A stretch of 64,000 nt of DNA. Source: Eledone cirrhosa (lineage: Eukaryota). Every line of letters begins with the position of its first letter. Positions within the stretch are counted from its first letter, which is position 1. Both the position numbers and the translations under genes were made by a program. The notes below the pieces were generated by a model. It was not told the origin of the DNA and did no database searches. It was given only the letters and a program-made list of their open reading frames with translations. The stretch spans positions 165,044,001 through 165,108,000 of the forward strand of contig OZ024741.1 of the NCBI GenBank assembly GCA_964016885.1. Direction: 5' to 3'. Below are positions 1 through 12,689 of this stretch, piece by piece.

Positions 1-125
1 ATACAAAGAACTGGAATAGATACTGTAAGACATCTGCCAATCCACTACACTGAGCAAGTGGTTTATTTATTGACACCAAATAGATGAATGGTAAAGTTGA
101 TGCCAACAGGATTTAAATGCAGAGT

Positions 126-566
126 CAAGGCCAGATTTAATGGCGGTGCAAAGGGGGCAATTATCCTGGGCCCCCCACAGCTTGGTAAATGACAACTGTA
201 GAAATTTCTTTGTGCTTTCTGCTAGGCTTTTTAGTTTTATCCCTTTGACAGCAAAAATTATGTTTAACAAAAACATCAGATTGTTATCAGAACAATAGTC
301 TAATAAAAAGTATTTGCTGGTATCGCAAAAGTAATGCACCTAGTAAACACTCTAAAGTGGTTATGTTAAGAAGGGCATCCAACTATAGAAACCATGAGTA
401 ATATGTAATGTATGAGCAAAATGAGGTCATTCCAATATGTCTGGTCTCAGACTGTGGTAACTCGTCCAACACATGCCAATGATGAAAGTGGATGTAATTC
501 TTTTTGTGTATGAGGGATTCCAAAACCTGAAGTGTCCCAGGCTCCTGAGGTCTAAATCCAGCCCTG
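126..566. mobile_element. hAT-like MITE with an internal RTE-tail/SINE insertion (~335-500)
   Basis: Imperfect TIRs caaggccagattta / taaatccagccctg; flanking 8-mers tgcagagt and ctcagagt (6/8 match) fit a decayed 8-bp TSD. The internal segment has the aagggcatccaactatagaaacc motif seen in the RTE 3'UTR at ~17975. Confidence 0.55.
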
Positions 567-899
567 CTCAGAGTGCAAAGAATCAGAATAAATACAAGAC
601 ATTCTATCCAATGCTCTCATGACTGTGCCAATTTGTCATCTTCACACAAATATTTCTTTCTATATATATTATGATCCATTTGTGACATAATCTCATAGAC
701 GTTCATCTTTTCGAATTCATATTTTAAGTACTTCGAATTTAAATATTACTATGGTTAACTTTGCTTTTTATCCTTTTGGGGTTGGTAAAATAAAGTACCA
801 GTCCAAGGTGGTGGACTGGAAAGAATGTTAGAGCATCATGTGACATACATTGCAGTACTGTTCTGGCACTTTATGTCTCAAGTTGAAAATATTACTGTG

Positions 900-1680
900 A
901 CTATTTGGGTGGTAGAATTAATCCATTATACAGGTTAACACCCTTTAGATGCCTTTAGCAATCTCTATTCTATTACAAGTATTTTGACCAGGTCTCCAAT
1001 TTTAGGATACCCTTAGCCCCCCCCCCCCCCACCAGTCATAGAGACACTGAAAAGGGTCATAGGATGAGCATTGTCTTTGCTTCCCTGGCCAATCATTGAA
1101 AAAACATTTTCCAAAGTTAAATTGAAACTTGTTTTCCATCTCAGCTCATCAGAAAGTTACCTCTTTTCTATACGACGACTCATCCACTTATGATTTCAAG
1201 ATCAGTTAAGCCACAGTTTTTAATAATATTAGTCTGATTTATTTTAACAACAGAAGGGGAAAAAGTCATCAATTTATCGACATACTGAGATGTTTTAACA
1301 CATCCAGACTTACTTCATCAATAGACTGCAGCAAAAACATTTCAGGCTTAGATCAAAGTAATATCATTTCTCTTTTGAAAACAAACTTGGCTGATTGTTG
1401 ACTTGTATACACACTGCCAACTGCCATAGACAAATATATATTCATCAGAAAAGATCTATTAGATACATGAAGGATGTGTTCATATAATTCCTATGATCCC
1501 ACAAAAGAAATAGATCAAAGCAAACAGCAGACTTTCCCTCCATTAATATTCTGCAACAAGAACCTAAGACAGTTAACAGCAAGTGTACAACAGAATGGTG
1601 TAGCATCAATATTTGCTCACAATAGCTTCCTGTGTACAAACCAATCAATAGAGAGTAGTTCTTACTTGATCTCAACACCA
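900..1680 (-). pseudogene. Possible highly decayed CRE-clade non-LTR reverse transcriptase remnant
   Basis: Minus-strand fragments ILMEGKSAV..FFCG and AVGSVY..SAK resemble the CRE RT motifs LLxGxxP..FFG and RPIAVGxxxRRLxAK. Many stops and frameshifts. Confidence 0.3.
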
Positions 1681-1805
1681 TATTTCATTGCACGTATAAT
1701 GCAAAATAGGAAAGTAGGTACACATAAACAGTTTGTGTTTTGTATTTACAAGTAAAGTTTCAAGGAAAACTCTCAGCAGCATTATTATTATTATTATTAT
1801 TATTA

Positions 1806-2870
1806 GGGCGGTGGATTGGCAGTATCGGTAGAAGATCAGACACCATGCTTTGACACATAGAGTTACGGCCCTTGCCATTCTGAGTTCAAATCCCGCCAAG
1901 GTTAACTTTGTCTTTCATCCTTACGGGGATCGATAACATAAAGTACCAGTAATGCACTGGGTAGTTGCTGGCCTTGTGCCAAAAGTAGAAACAATTATTA
2001 TTATTATTGAGGGTTGCAGATTGGCAGTATCAGTAGAGTGTTGGACAACATACTTTACAGCATAGAGTTACGGCCTTTTACGTTCTAAGTTCACCTCCTG
2101 CTGAGGTTAACTTTGTCTTTCATCTTTATGGGGTCGATAAAATAAAGTACCAGTAATGCACTGGGATAATTGCTGGCCTTGTGTCAAAGGTAGAAACAGT
2201 TATTATTATTATTAATATTATTATTGAGGGTAGTGGACTGACTGTTTAAGGTCAACTTTGCTGGTATCAATAAAAAAAGTACTAGTGAAGTACTAAGGCT
2301 TATGTACTTCACCATTCCCTTCCCAACAAATTGCTAACCTTAGAAACCATAATTATTATTTGTTCTAGCTCTAGACCGGTGGATTGGCAGCATCAGTAGA
2401 ACATCGGCACGCTGCTTCTCAGCATAGTGTTACAGTCCTTTACATTCTGAATTCAAATCCTGCCAGGGTTAGCTTTGCCTAACATCCTTACGAGGTCAAT
2501 AAAGTACCAGTAACCCACTGGGGTTGATTTAATCACCCCCCCCCTTAAAATTGCTGGCTTTGTGCCTATATCAGAAATCCTTATTTGTTCTGGCTCTGAG
2601 GCGGTGGATTAGCAGTATCGGTGGAGGGCCGGACGCCATGCTTTCCAGCATAGTTACGTCCCTTTACGATCTGAGTTCAAATCCCGCCGAGGTTGGCTTT
2701 GCCTTTCATCCTTACGGGGTCGATAAAATAAAGTACCAGTAATGCACTGGTTAATTGCTGGCCTTGTGCCTAAAGTAGAAACAATTATTTGTTCTGGCTC
2801 TTTATGTTTTGAGTTCTGAGTTCAAATCCTGTTGAGGAAAACTTTGTTTTTCATCCTTACAAGCTAGATA
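1806..2870 (+). mobile_element. Head-to-tail cluster of about five tRNA-derived SINE copies (~190 bp) with (ATT)n tails
   Basis: Copies start at ~1806, 2011, 2227 (degenerate), 2378 and 2600. Each has an A-box-like tggcagtatcgg, a B-box gagttcaaatcc, the core gcctttcatccttacggggtcgataaaataaagtaccag, and the 3' end ggccttgtgccaaaagtagaaacaatt(att)n. Confidence 0.9.
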
Positions 2871-3261
2871 GAATTAACATTTTTCAGCCAAGCTTACACA
2901 CTTTTGGCCACAGTTCCTAAGGCTCCGATTACAATCAGGCTGAAGACATGAAATTCATATTTCAGGCCTTGATACTTTTTATTTTCTCATGATCATTGTC
3001 TACCACTCGAGTATCAACTTATTATTGTTGCTGTGGTTGTTGTTAATATTATTATAAACCTCAGTAAAGCTATGGAGAAGGAGAAACAATAGTGAGTCTG
3101 TGTTTTCTCTCCAGGATTTACTGTTCTTAGTTGAATTTCCATTAATATCAACGTTACATTTGCCCCGCCAGCATCAATAATATCTGGGCTACTAACATAT
3201 TGATCTTGATGTAATCAATCACTAACACACCTTACCAGAAACTGAAAAAATATTGATAGTC

Positions 3262-3266
3262 ATATA

Positions 3267-3329
<63 letters not shown>

Positions 3330-3830
3330 TCACATACATAAATATACATATATATATACACACACACATACACATGTATAAATATACATATATATACATA
3401 TACATACATAAATAAATATACATATATACATAAATATACATATACATAAACATATATATATACATAAATATACATATATGGGCGCGAACAACACAGCTCC
3501 ATGGTGGTGAGAACAGACCTCAGATCATTGAAGCTCACGGTGGAGATGAAGAGGGACCGTGACGAGTGGAGAGATGCTGTGCTGAATAAGACCCGTCCCA
3601 CCCTTGCAAGCAGGGAAAAGCGGACGTAAAATGATGATGATGATATATATACATAAATATACATATACATATATATACATAAATATACATATACATATAT
3701 ATATATATATATATATACATAAATATATATATATATATACATACACACATACATATATATATTCATATATACATACATAAATATACATATTATAAAGAAA
3801 CCATTTTATATGTATATATATATATATATA
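3262..3830. repeat. Compound (TA)n/(TACA)n microsatellite interrupted by an RTE 3' fragment
   Basis: Directly visible dinucleotide runs. Confidence 0.95.
3480..3645 (+). mobile_element. RTE LINE 3' terminal fragment
   Basis: Translates as [32 protein letters not shown] (RTE C-terminal DRxxWR motif), followed by aagcggacgtaaaa(tga)n. The same terminal ~35 bp recurs at ~34830, ~50188 and ~50595. Confidence 0.8.
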
Positions 3831-4103
3831 TTCATAAAGAAGAAATTAAAAGATGGTTAAGAGTTCCATATATTTTATTATGCGCATTTTGAATACAAAA
3901 TCACCCTGAGACAAAAATTGTGTTCTCATCAGATAAAATAAGGTAACATGATATGAGGCATAATAGCACTTGTTTACAGGAAAGTGTTAAGTCAACATAT
4001 GATATTATAGTAAGAAATAGATAGGAAACTAGAAGTAAAGGAAAGAAGAGGAGAAAAAGGAAATGGAAAGAGGAAGAAAGTAAAAAAAAGAAGAAAAAAA
4101 GGA

Positions 4104-4136
<33 letters not shown>

Positions 4137-4407
4137 GCGAGAGAGAGAGAGAGAGACTTTTGATCAGGAATGCTGTCAAATATATATTCATATATACATA
4201 AATATATATATTCATATATACATAAATATATTCATATATACATAAATATACACACATATATATATAAATGACCAAATATGTGGGTCGTGTCCCATGTACA
4301 TCATTACTCATCCTATTTTTCCATTCAGGGGTTTTTTTAAATTCCAACTAACAGACTAATTCTATTTAGTCAAATACGGCATAAAAACATGTTACTACCT
4401 AATTTTC

Positions 4408-5448
4408 ATGGTGGAAAAGGTCAGAAAGGAATTGGAAGATTCCGGATTCAACTACGAAGCAACATCAGAGAGGAAAACACATGATCGACGATCTGACGCC
4501 TTCAGAACGCCTGGGTTCATCACTGAAGTTCAGGATATCATCAACAATGAACCTAGTAAGTCGATGCGTGCCATTGCAAGGGAGAAAGGCGTGGATGAAA
4601 AGATCATTAGGCTGGTGGTACATGGAGACATTCGCTACGTTTCATACAAGATGAGGAAAGAACAATTTCTGTCAAAGGCGATGCAAGAAAAGCGACTGAA
4701 GCACGCAAAGAAGCTGATCAACAAGTTGAAACACCCACTGGAGCCAGACATGCTGTGGTTTTTCTCCGACGAGGAAAACTTCTGCCAAGACCAGAAGATC
4801 AACTCCCAGAACAACAGGTGGCTCGCTGTCTCATCCAAAGACGTGCCAAGAGTCATGCAGACAAAGTTTCCAGTGACATCATTGGTCTTAGGTGTCATCA
4901 GCAGTCAAGGTGACGTCATGCCACCTCACTTCTTCCCTGAGGGCCTCAATCTGAACACCGATGGCTACATCCACGTTCTGAGTGCGGTAGTAAAGCCCTG
5001 GATCGACCATGTAGCTGCAGGTAGTCCGTACGTGTGGCAGCAAGACTCAGCGCCCTGCCATACCAGCCGAAAGACCCAAGCCTGGCTGTCAGAGAACTTC
5101 GTCGACCATACTTCACCTGGCATCTGGCCTACCAGCTCGCCTGACTGCACCCCTAAACTTCTTTGTGCGGGGCACAATGGAACGAGACACCAACAGATCT
5201 AGCTGCAATACGAAAGATGATCTGAAGGCCAGGATCACAATTGCCTAAGTCGGAGACAGTAAAGAAGGCCTTTAGCCGGTTCTGAGGCCGTCATCAAAGT
5301 CAATGGCAGGTTCATCGAGTGATATCGAAAGAACAAGTCATGAAGACAAACTGACCCAAGTTTGATAAATATATCTTAAAAAATAAAACTACTGTGTTAT
5401 TTTTTCCTAGACAGTAATCTTGCAAACAAATATTGTCCGCACCATGTA
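4408..5448 (+). pseudogene. Tc1/mariner superfamily transposase, DD37D (maT/Bmmar1-like); 5'-truncated and frameshifted
   Basis: ORF 4408-5202 has WFFSDEENF, WQQDSAPCH and WPTSSPDC. A 1-bp loss near 5150 shifts the frame; the continuation reads PLNFFVRGTMERDTN, placing the third catalytic position 37 residues after the second D, with D changed to N. Probable right terminus ...gtccgcaccatg|TA at 5446-5448. N-terminal HTH and left TIR not seen. Confidence 0.85.
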
Positions 5449-6655
5449 TATACAAAAATACATATTCACATTTGTGGTGTCAAACAAAGAAATCAAAGGA
5501 GCATTGAACACAAATTAAGAGTGGGGTTTACAAATAAATTGATCATCTGACAAATATTTACAGAGTTACTATGTATGCATGAAATCCTGGATCTTGTAAA
5601 AATGTACTCGCTGTAAATTACATAATAAATAATATTCTCTGTTGGAGTAGTTGGATTGAACAAATGTTTTGAACATTTGTGTACTCTTCTCTTGATATGT
5701 TTTATTACACTTCTAGCATGATACACCTGTCATGCATATGTATAATCTGGACTGCATCCTTATATCTAAGATCAAAACTTCTCTCCCTAACATGAGGAAA
5801 TCTAAATGGCCCCTTCTTCTCTCAGCACTGGCTTTTCTTTTCTCCTAGTTCTATATTAGACTCACCACCACAAATAAATTTATGTGACCTTCAGATCGGT
5901 CACTCCTCTGTCTTTTCACCTGATTCTATCATAGACTCACTAATACAAATAAACTTAAATGACCCTCTTTCAGATCTGTCAGCCCTCTGATTGTACTACA
6001 GTAAACTTTCTGGTTCCACACCATTCTTACTAAATTTACACCACACAAATCCCTCTTGCTTTTTCAACCCCTTTATATCTTTCTAGAAGCTTAGAATGAA
6101 ACCTCAACCCATTTATTCTTCTTCACAACTGATACCCTCTACAACTCTGATTAAACCAAGGTTTTCACTTCCACAATTAAAGCACAAATCTTGTTAATCA
6201 TAAATCGCATAGAGCATAAATCTTGTTAATCATCCCAGTTACACCTACTTCTGATATGCCTAGACTAAGGATACAAACTACTGGAAACTATCCATCAATA
6301 ACCAAGAAGGTTGATATGGCTATTCTAGGTGGGCCTCAGATTAAAGGGATTCGACCTTTTTCTCATGCTAAATGGTATGAAGCAAATAATTCTAGAAATA
6401 AAACAAATATATCATCATCATTATTATTGAACCTCCATTTAACCTGGTAGCAGGAGTTGGACATTTCATCACTGACCAGTCAGTGCTCAAGTGGAGCTAC
6501 TGATCTCTCTGATCAGATGAGCTACAGATCTTACTCATATATGACCCTGCATACTACTAAGTTCATTTTATCATAGCACCAATATGATGAATCCTCCCAA
6601 CACTTTGCATGGCAGGTTTTCTTTTCTATGGCTCGATGACCTTCGTATCACCTAT

Positions 6656-7188
6656 ATCATATCATCATCATCATCATCATCAACGTTTAACGTCCGTGTT
6701 CCACGCTTGCATGGGTTTGGACGGGGGTTTTCCCACTTGAGGCAAGAGTGTTTGTCTTGCTCGCATAGGACTATCTGGCGGGTTTTCTACAGCTGGATGC
6801 CCTTCCTAACACCAACCACATTTACAGTGTGGGGCTGGGAGGTTTTTACCGTGCTGCCTACACAACCACATTACAGCGTGGACTGTGTCTACACGATCTC
6901 ATTTGTTTCGGGATGGATGTTGTGGCACCAACATAACTTTACATTGAAGGAGCGGTGTGGATGGGGTGGTGTATTTTGTTAGAGATGCCTACTGGCTGTA
7001 GTAGGTTTTACTTTGTATTTAGGTAAGGCGGGTCTTCTCTATTACTGAGTACCGCCAAAGGTCTCGGTCCAGTGACATTGTCTTGGAGAGGTGTAAGTGT
7101 GTGAGGTCAGAATTTATCAGCTCGTCCCAGGTTTTTCTGGGTCTGCCTACTCCGTAGCTACCATCTATCTTTATTGCCCTGCACTTTT
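6656..7188 (-). mobile_element. 3' fragment of the RTE LINE family seen at 16224-18120
   Basis: Minus strand KCRAIKIDGSYGVGRPRKTWDELINSDLTHLHLSKTMSLDRDLWRY is nearly identical to the end of ORF 16356-17762, followed by the same 3'UTR and (GAT)n tail. A 28-bp insertion lies at ~6997-7024. Confidence 0.92.
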
Positions 7189-7245
7189 GATATATATATA
7201 TATATATATAGTTAAAAGAATAGAGGTGTAACACACAAGTTATTA

Positions 7246-7644
7246 TATATTGGTAAACGGAATAGAAAATGCTGACAAATTGTTCACAGTTGAAAAATGG
7301 TTTAATTAGGAATAAAAGAGTATTAGTGATTGTATGGGTTAGTATTCAGTTGTGGTTTTAAGTTTTTAAGTTTTTACCGGTTGCGCATTTCTAAATGCTT
7401 TTCAAAAATAATTTTGAGATAGAGTGTCCGTGTTGTTTGCTCTGATCAGAGCAAACAGCACGGACACTCTATCTCAAAATTATTTTTGAAAAGCATTTAG
7501 AAATGCGCAACCGGTAAAAACTTAAAAACTTAAAACCACAACTGAATACTAACCCATACAATCACTAATACTCTTTTATTCCTAATTAAACCATTTTTCA
7601 ACTGTGAACAATTTGTCAGCATTTTCTATTCCGTTTACCAATAT

Positions 7645-7645
<1 letters not shown>
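7246..7645. repeat. Spacer-less 400-bp palindrome (200-bp arms)
   Basis: Centre tctga|tcaga at 7445/7446. The arms are reverse complements with one mismatch found by eye (gtgttgtttgc vs gcaaacagcac). Flanked by (TA)n. Confidence 0.95.
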
Positions 7646-7679
<34 letters not shown>

Positions 7680-7896
7680 AATAAGATACATGCACAGATA
7701 CATAAATACATATGTGTGTGTGTGAAGTCCAGCCTTGAGCAGTTTTACTCAATGACCAAACGAATTAAAATAATCAGAAGAATTAAAATAATCATTTAAT
7801 CAGAGCTATTTATAAATTATCAATGCGAGGAAAGAATAGACAAAGAATTACCTACTTTTTTCTTTATACATATATATACAGAGAGAGAGAAAAAGT

Positions 7897-8137
7897 TGAT
7901 ACATATTTCAATGGCGATCATGGTCACTTAATTATTTACCCATTCTTGTGATCACATCAGACAGTGACATTAAGTAAAAGGAAACATTTCCAAGGCAGTC
8001 CTAGATGCAAGGGAACGGACAACAAATTATGTTTTTGTTAGGATTGCCCGTTCCCTTGTGAGCTTCTGGCTGGCTGATAAAATCACGAGAATAGTTAAAT
8101 AATTAAGTGACCATGATAGTCATTGAAATATGTATCA
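7897..8137. repeat. Imperfect inverted repeat (~60-70-bp arms) with an inner hairpin
   Basis: tgatacatatttcaatggcgatcatggtcacttaattattt pairs with aaataattaagtgaccatgatagtcattgaaatatgtatca; inner stem caagggaacggacaa / ttgcccgttcccttg. Confidence 0.85.
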
Positions 8138-8274
8138 TAGCTTTATTGATAAAGGACTCTTTAACATCTACAACTTCAGTTTCCTCATTCTAATTATACT
8201 CTGTTATTCTGGCTTCGAAGAAGTAACATGACATTGAGTGCTTGAATTGAATTACATCAATGTCTAACGTATAA

Positions 8275-8276
<2 letters not shown>

Positions 8277-8349
<73 letters not shown>

Positions 8350-8410
8350 CGTGCGTGCGTGTGTGTGTGAGTGTGTGTGTACATACATAATACATGTGTG
8401 TGTGTGTGTA
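8277..8410. repeat. (TG)n/(TGCG)n microsatellite
   Basis: Directly visible. Confidence 0.95.
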
Positions 8411-10114
8411 TATATACATACACACATACATATATATATACATACATATATATCCACTAGAACACCCAATAGCCTTGATAAACAATATTTTGAAATGCAA
8501 TGGATATTAATATGCTTGGCATAAGCCCTGCTAGATAATGGTCGACTACCACCTGCTTTTAGCACCAAGTTTTAATAATCCAAACTGAAAATCTCAAAAG
8601 GTTTTATATTCCCTATAAAAGAAAGAAAGCAAGAAAAAAGAGAAAAAAGAATTTTGTCTATTTGAAATTGATCATATTTTCTTGCTGGAAAAATATCAAA
8701 GTTAAATTGCACAGCCAATGCCAGGTGTGTTACAAATGTAAAGCCAAAACAGCAGAATTCTTCATATACCAAACATATAATGGTATCAAATTCCAACTGT
8801 AAATAACATCATCATTTTCTCCCAGAACGAAGTCATGCATCACTTTATTTCTCAGAATTCCAGGAGATAGAATGGAAAAACAAAGTACACAGACAGCAAT
8901 GCTCAAAATATAGAACTGCATCCATGTGGAATTAAAATGAACCATTCTTCTTCTTACATTTTTCACATGCTCCCTTCCTCTTTATTTTCTCTGTCTTACT
9001 AAAACTTTAGGAAATATTCTTAGAGAATAGAACATATATAAACAAAATATTAAGTTTGGATTGAATAGATAAATGTATATACATACACACACACAAGCTG
9101 GCTGGCAATATGTCCTAATACAAAAGACCTATCTGTTAGTACAAGCATTGTGACACTAAAGTAAATAGGGTGAGAAACTGGAGACTACAGTGTTGGTGAT
9201 TGATCAAAGACAATATGAGGTTTGAGAGGCTTCTTCAGTTAGGACAAGCATGTGACAATCTCTCTTGTGCAGGTGCCTCGGTAAATTACACCCACTCTAT
9301 TCTGTAAAGTGTTAATGTTGATTCCACAATAAAATACACCCATTCCACTCTGTAAAGTGGTAGTATTGGTGCCATAATAAAAGAATCTGTTCAATCCATG
9401 ACAGCATGGAAACAGATGTAAAATGATGATAACCATAATCATTATCATCATTCAAAGGACAATAAATGAACAAAGGGTGTAACAAAGCAAACATGTTTTG
9501 CTTTTAGAAGAAAAAAAGGAACAAACAGTAGGCAGTAAATTGGAGTCAATAGAACATAGTACAACAATTCAAATTCCACCAAGATCAACTTTGCCTTTTA
9601 TTTTTTGGAGTCGATAACATGAAGTACCAGTCCTGGATAGAATAGTTAGAGCTTTTTGGATGAGATGCTTTTAGGTATTTCTTCCAGCTCTTTGTGTGCT
9701 GGGTTCCAATCCTGATATGGCCTTACATAAGACTGCATTAGCAAAGCATTCTTAAAAAATGCAAAATAACCCTATAACTGCATTAAAAAATGAAGCAAAT
9801 TTTCACAATGATTTGTCAATTAGTAAAGATACTATAAACATTTGACTTAATAGACCAGATTTTAGATATTTTCCTCTAAATAATTACAGCATATACAGGA
9901 TATTAAATGTTAATCGATCATCCAGTTTACCACTACTACCTGATGTTTAGGTATCTTTAGCAGAGTTCACTCTGTAGCAAGTATTTGAATCAGATCCCTT
10001 GTTTGGTGATACATCTTTCTCTCCTTAGCTCCTACCAGTCTCAGTGTTTGCGAAAAGGGGTGATAAATATTTGTTATTCCCTCTCTGAGTAAGCATCATC
10101 ACCACCAACATCCT

Positions 10115-10454
10115 TTAACCCTTTAGCATTTAAACCGGCCATATCGAGCCAGAATTCTCTCACCTCTTTCTGTTCAAACTGGCAGTAACTGGTCACTCAT
10201 ACTGCTGTTAAGGTATTGTTCTCAAAATAAATAATATAAAAATCTCATAGATTTAATATTATGTGAGATAATAATTGTTTCTACTTTAGGCACAAGGCCA
10301 GCAATTACCCAGTACATTACTGGTACTTTATTTTATCGACCCCGTAAGGATGAAAGGCAAAGTTAACCTATGTGAGATAATAATGTGAGGTAAAGACTTT
10401 ACCATGAAAATACAATAGTATATATATAGAGTAATGTAAATGCTAAAGGGTTAA
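10115..10454 (+). mobile_element. piggyBac-like MITE (family A) with a nested 5'-truncated SINE
   Basis: TTAA|ccctttagcattta ... taaatgctaaaggg|TTAA. An antisense SINE 3' part at 10276-10368 is flanked by the 16-bp duplication tatgtgagataataat (10260-10275 and 10369-10384). Confidence 0.9.
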
Positions 10455-12235
10455 TGTTCATCTTTCCTCAAGCAAGTATTGGATGTGTCACCACAGACGA
10501 AGTCAGTAATCAAGTGGAGCTACTGACCTCTCAGATGGGCAGGGGACACATCTCACTTACATACATTTCCATGTTCTAGGGAGGCTGTCATGACTTTGAC
10601 ACAACTAAAGAGCCCTCACAACTCTTCCTATCACCAAACCTTCTATGGAGTGTACTGGGTGCATTTATCATGTATATCACCAACATTGCCATAGAAAACA
10701 AAGGACACAAGAAAGTAAAACAAATAATAAAACAAAATAATAATATAGTTGGCTAGGAGTTGGAAAAGTAAATTATAGGGTTAGAGTGAAGGTGAGAGGG
10801 ACAGCTCTGGGTTCCAGTAGTAACAGCTACTTTGTTATATCAAATGTAGAAGTAACAGAACAATGGAGTATTGATACACACATAAATGCAAGCACATAAT
10901 TAACTACTGTACACAAGCATGTAGCTAATAGTGTGCAGCAGTTAATAGTCACTGAGATCAATAGATTGTCAAAGAAACATTGAGAAAACAAAACAAACCT
11001 CACATTTCTATACAAATATATGTTGTATGTGTATGAACTGATGTATTTGTGTGTATATAAAAGTGCGTGTGTATATAAAAGTGTGTGAATGTGTATGTAT
11101 AAATGTGTGTGTGTGTATATGTATATATATATATATATATAAATGTACGTATGTATGTGTATGTGTGTGTGTTTTGGGGGGAAGATGAAGTCATGTTTTA
11201 TTGTTGTTGGTGATTTTGTTATTTCCTATTCACCAGTGTAGAGAAATTTCTGTGTTGTAAGATGTGGGTTGAGCCATTTAAGGCAGGGAACAGAGGGAAG
11301 GATGTGGTGGTGGTGGTAGTGGTGGTATTGGTGGTGGTGGTGGTAGTAATAGTAGTAGTAGTAGTAGTAGTAGCAGAGCAGCAGTAGTACTAACATTGGA
11401 ACGCCTTTAGATTTGATGATGAATTTTCCTGTTATTTCAACAGCAGAACTAGCTACTCATGACAATGTGAGCAAGTGCCTGCCTGAGCATTCAACAGGCA
11501 TGTGCATCCTTAATATAGTTCTCAGGGAGATCCAGCATAAAACATTGTGTGACAAGAATAGCTCAGCTCATTGAATCAAAAGTTCAAATCATTTTTGCCA
11601 GCTAAGTGGACTAGAGTAATGTGAAATAAAATGTCTTGCTCAAGAACACAATGCACCACTGGTAATCAAACTCATAGCCTTATGATCATGATCCAGACAC
11701 CCTAACCCCTAAGCCATGTGCTTTCACTAAGTAATGTGTGTGTGTGGGATGGGTGGTGAGAGTGTGTGTTTGTTTACTGGCTCATTCACATACAAACCTG
11801 ATTACATTTCACAGTTGGCAGTATTATGGATTTTCGTTGCTTGTTTTTTCTGTTTCCTTATATTCATGTCTGTAGTGTTTGTGTTTACATGCATGTCTGT
11901 GTGTGTATACATGTGTGTGCATGCATGTATGAGAGAAAGAGAGTGAGATAGTATGGAACACACCAACACTAGCATTACTGTGTCTTCAAACTGAAGCATG
12001 ATACCATTAACTCTTGAAGCAGATTTAGAGGTTAGTGCAGGGAAGAGAAGACATCGATTGATCTATTGAAAGCCTAGATATATATCTCTGTTGTTTGTTT
12101 AAATATGTATAATGATCCTCTGTCTTGTCCAATACAATACTCAACATGCTTGTGGATCTCGTACAAAGTATCTAGTCTTATATATATATATCATCATCAC
12201 TGTTTTATGTCCATTCTTCCACGTTAGCATACATA

Positions 12236-12354
<119 letters not shown>

Positions 12355-12689
12355 CTGTATGAAAGCATCATCGTTTAATGTCTGTTTTCCCTCTACAATA
12401 TATATATATGTATATATAATATTTCCACCTCAAACTGCAACTTCAAAAATGTCAGCCTCAATACTGTTATTGTCAACTTTAATTTCATTGTTATAGTAAG
12501 ATGGAGAAATTCTTTTCCTTTTTTATTACGCAGTGTGAAGCACTGGCATCATTGCTTACTTCTCACAGAATTGTAAAATAATGCAGCCAAAGTTTTGTAA
12601 AGAATTACAAGTTTTGTTTAAAAAAACTGCCACACTATATTACCATAAATATATACATACAAAGTCCCTACTGTGTCCTGATCCAGTGC

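Noticed and set aside
1806-1900. tRNA genes at A-box/B-box motifs
   Set aside because: The boxes are the heads of a multi-copy SINE with a core domain and (ATT)n tail; no cloverleaf forms.
3232-3788. [12 protein letters not shown], poly-H and poly-L ORFs here and throughout the window
   Set aside because: Translations of microsatellites.
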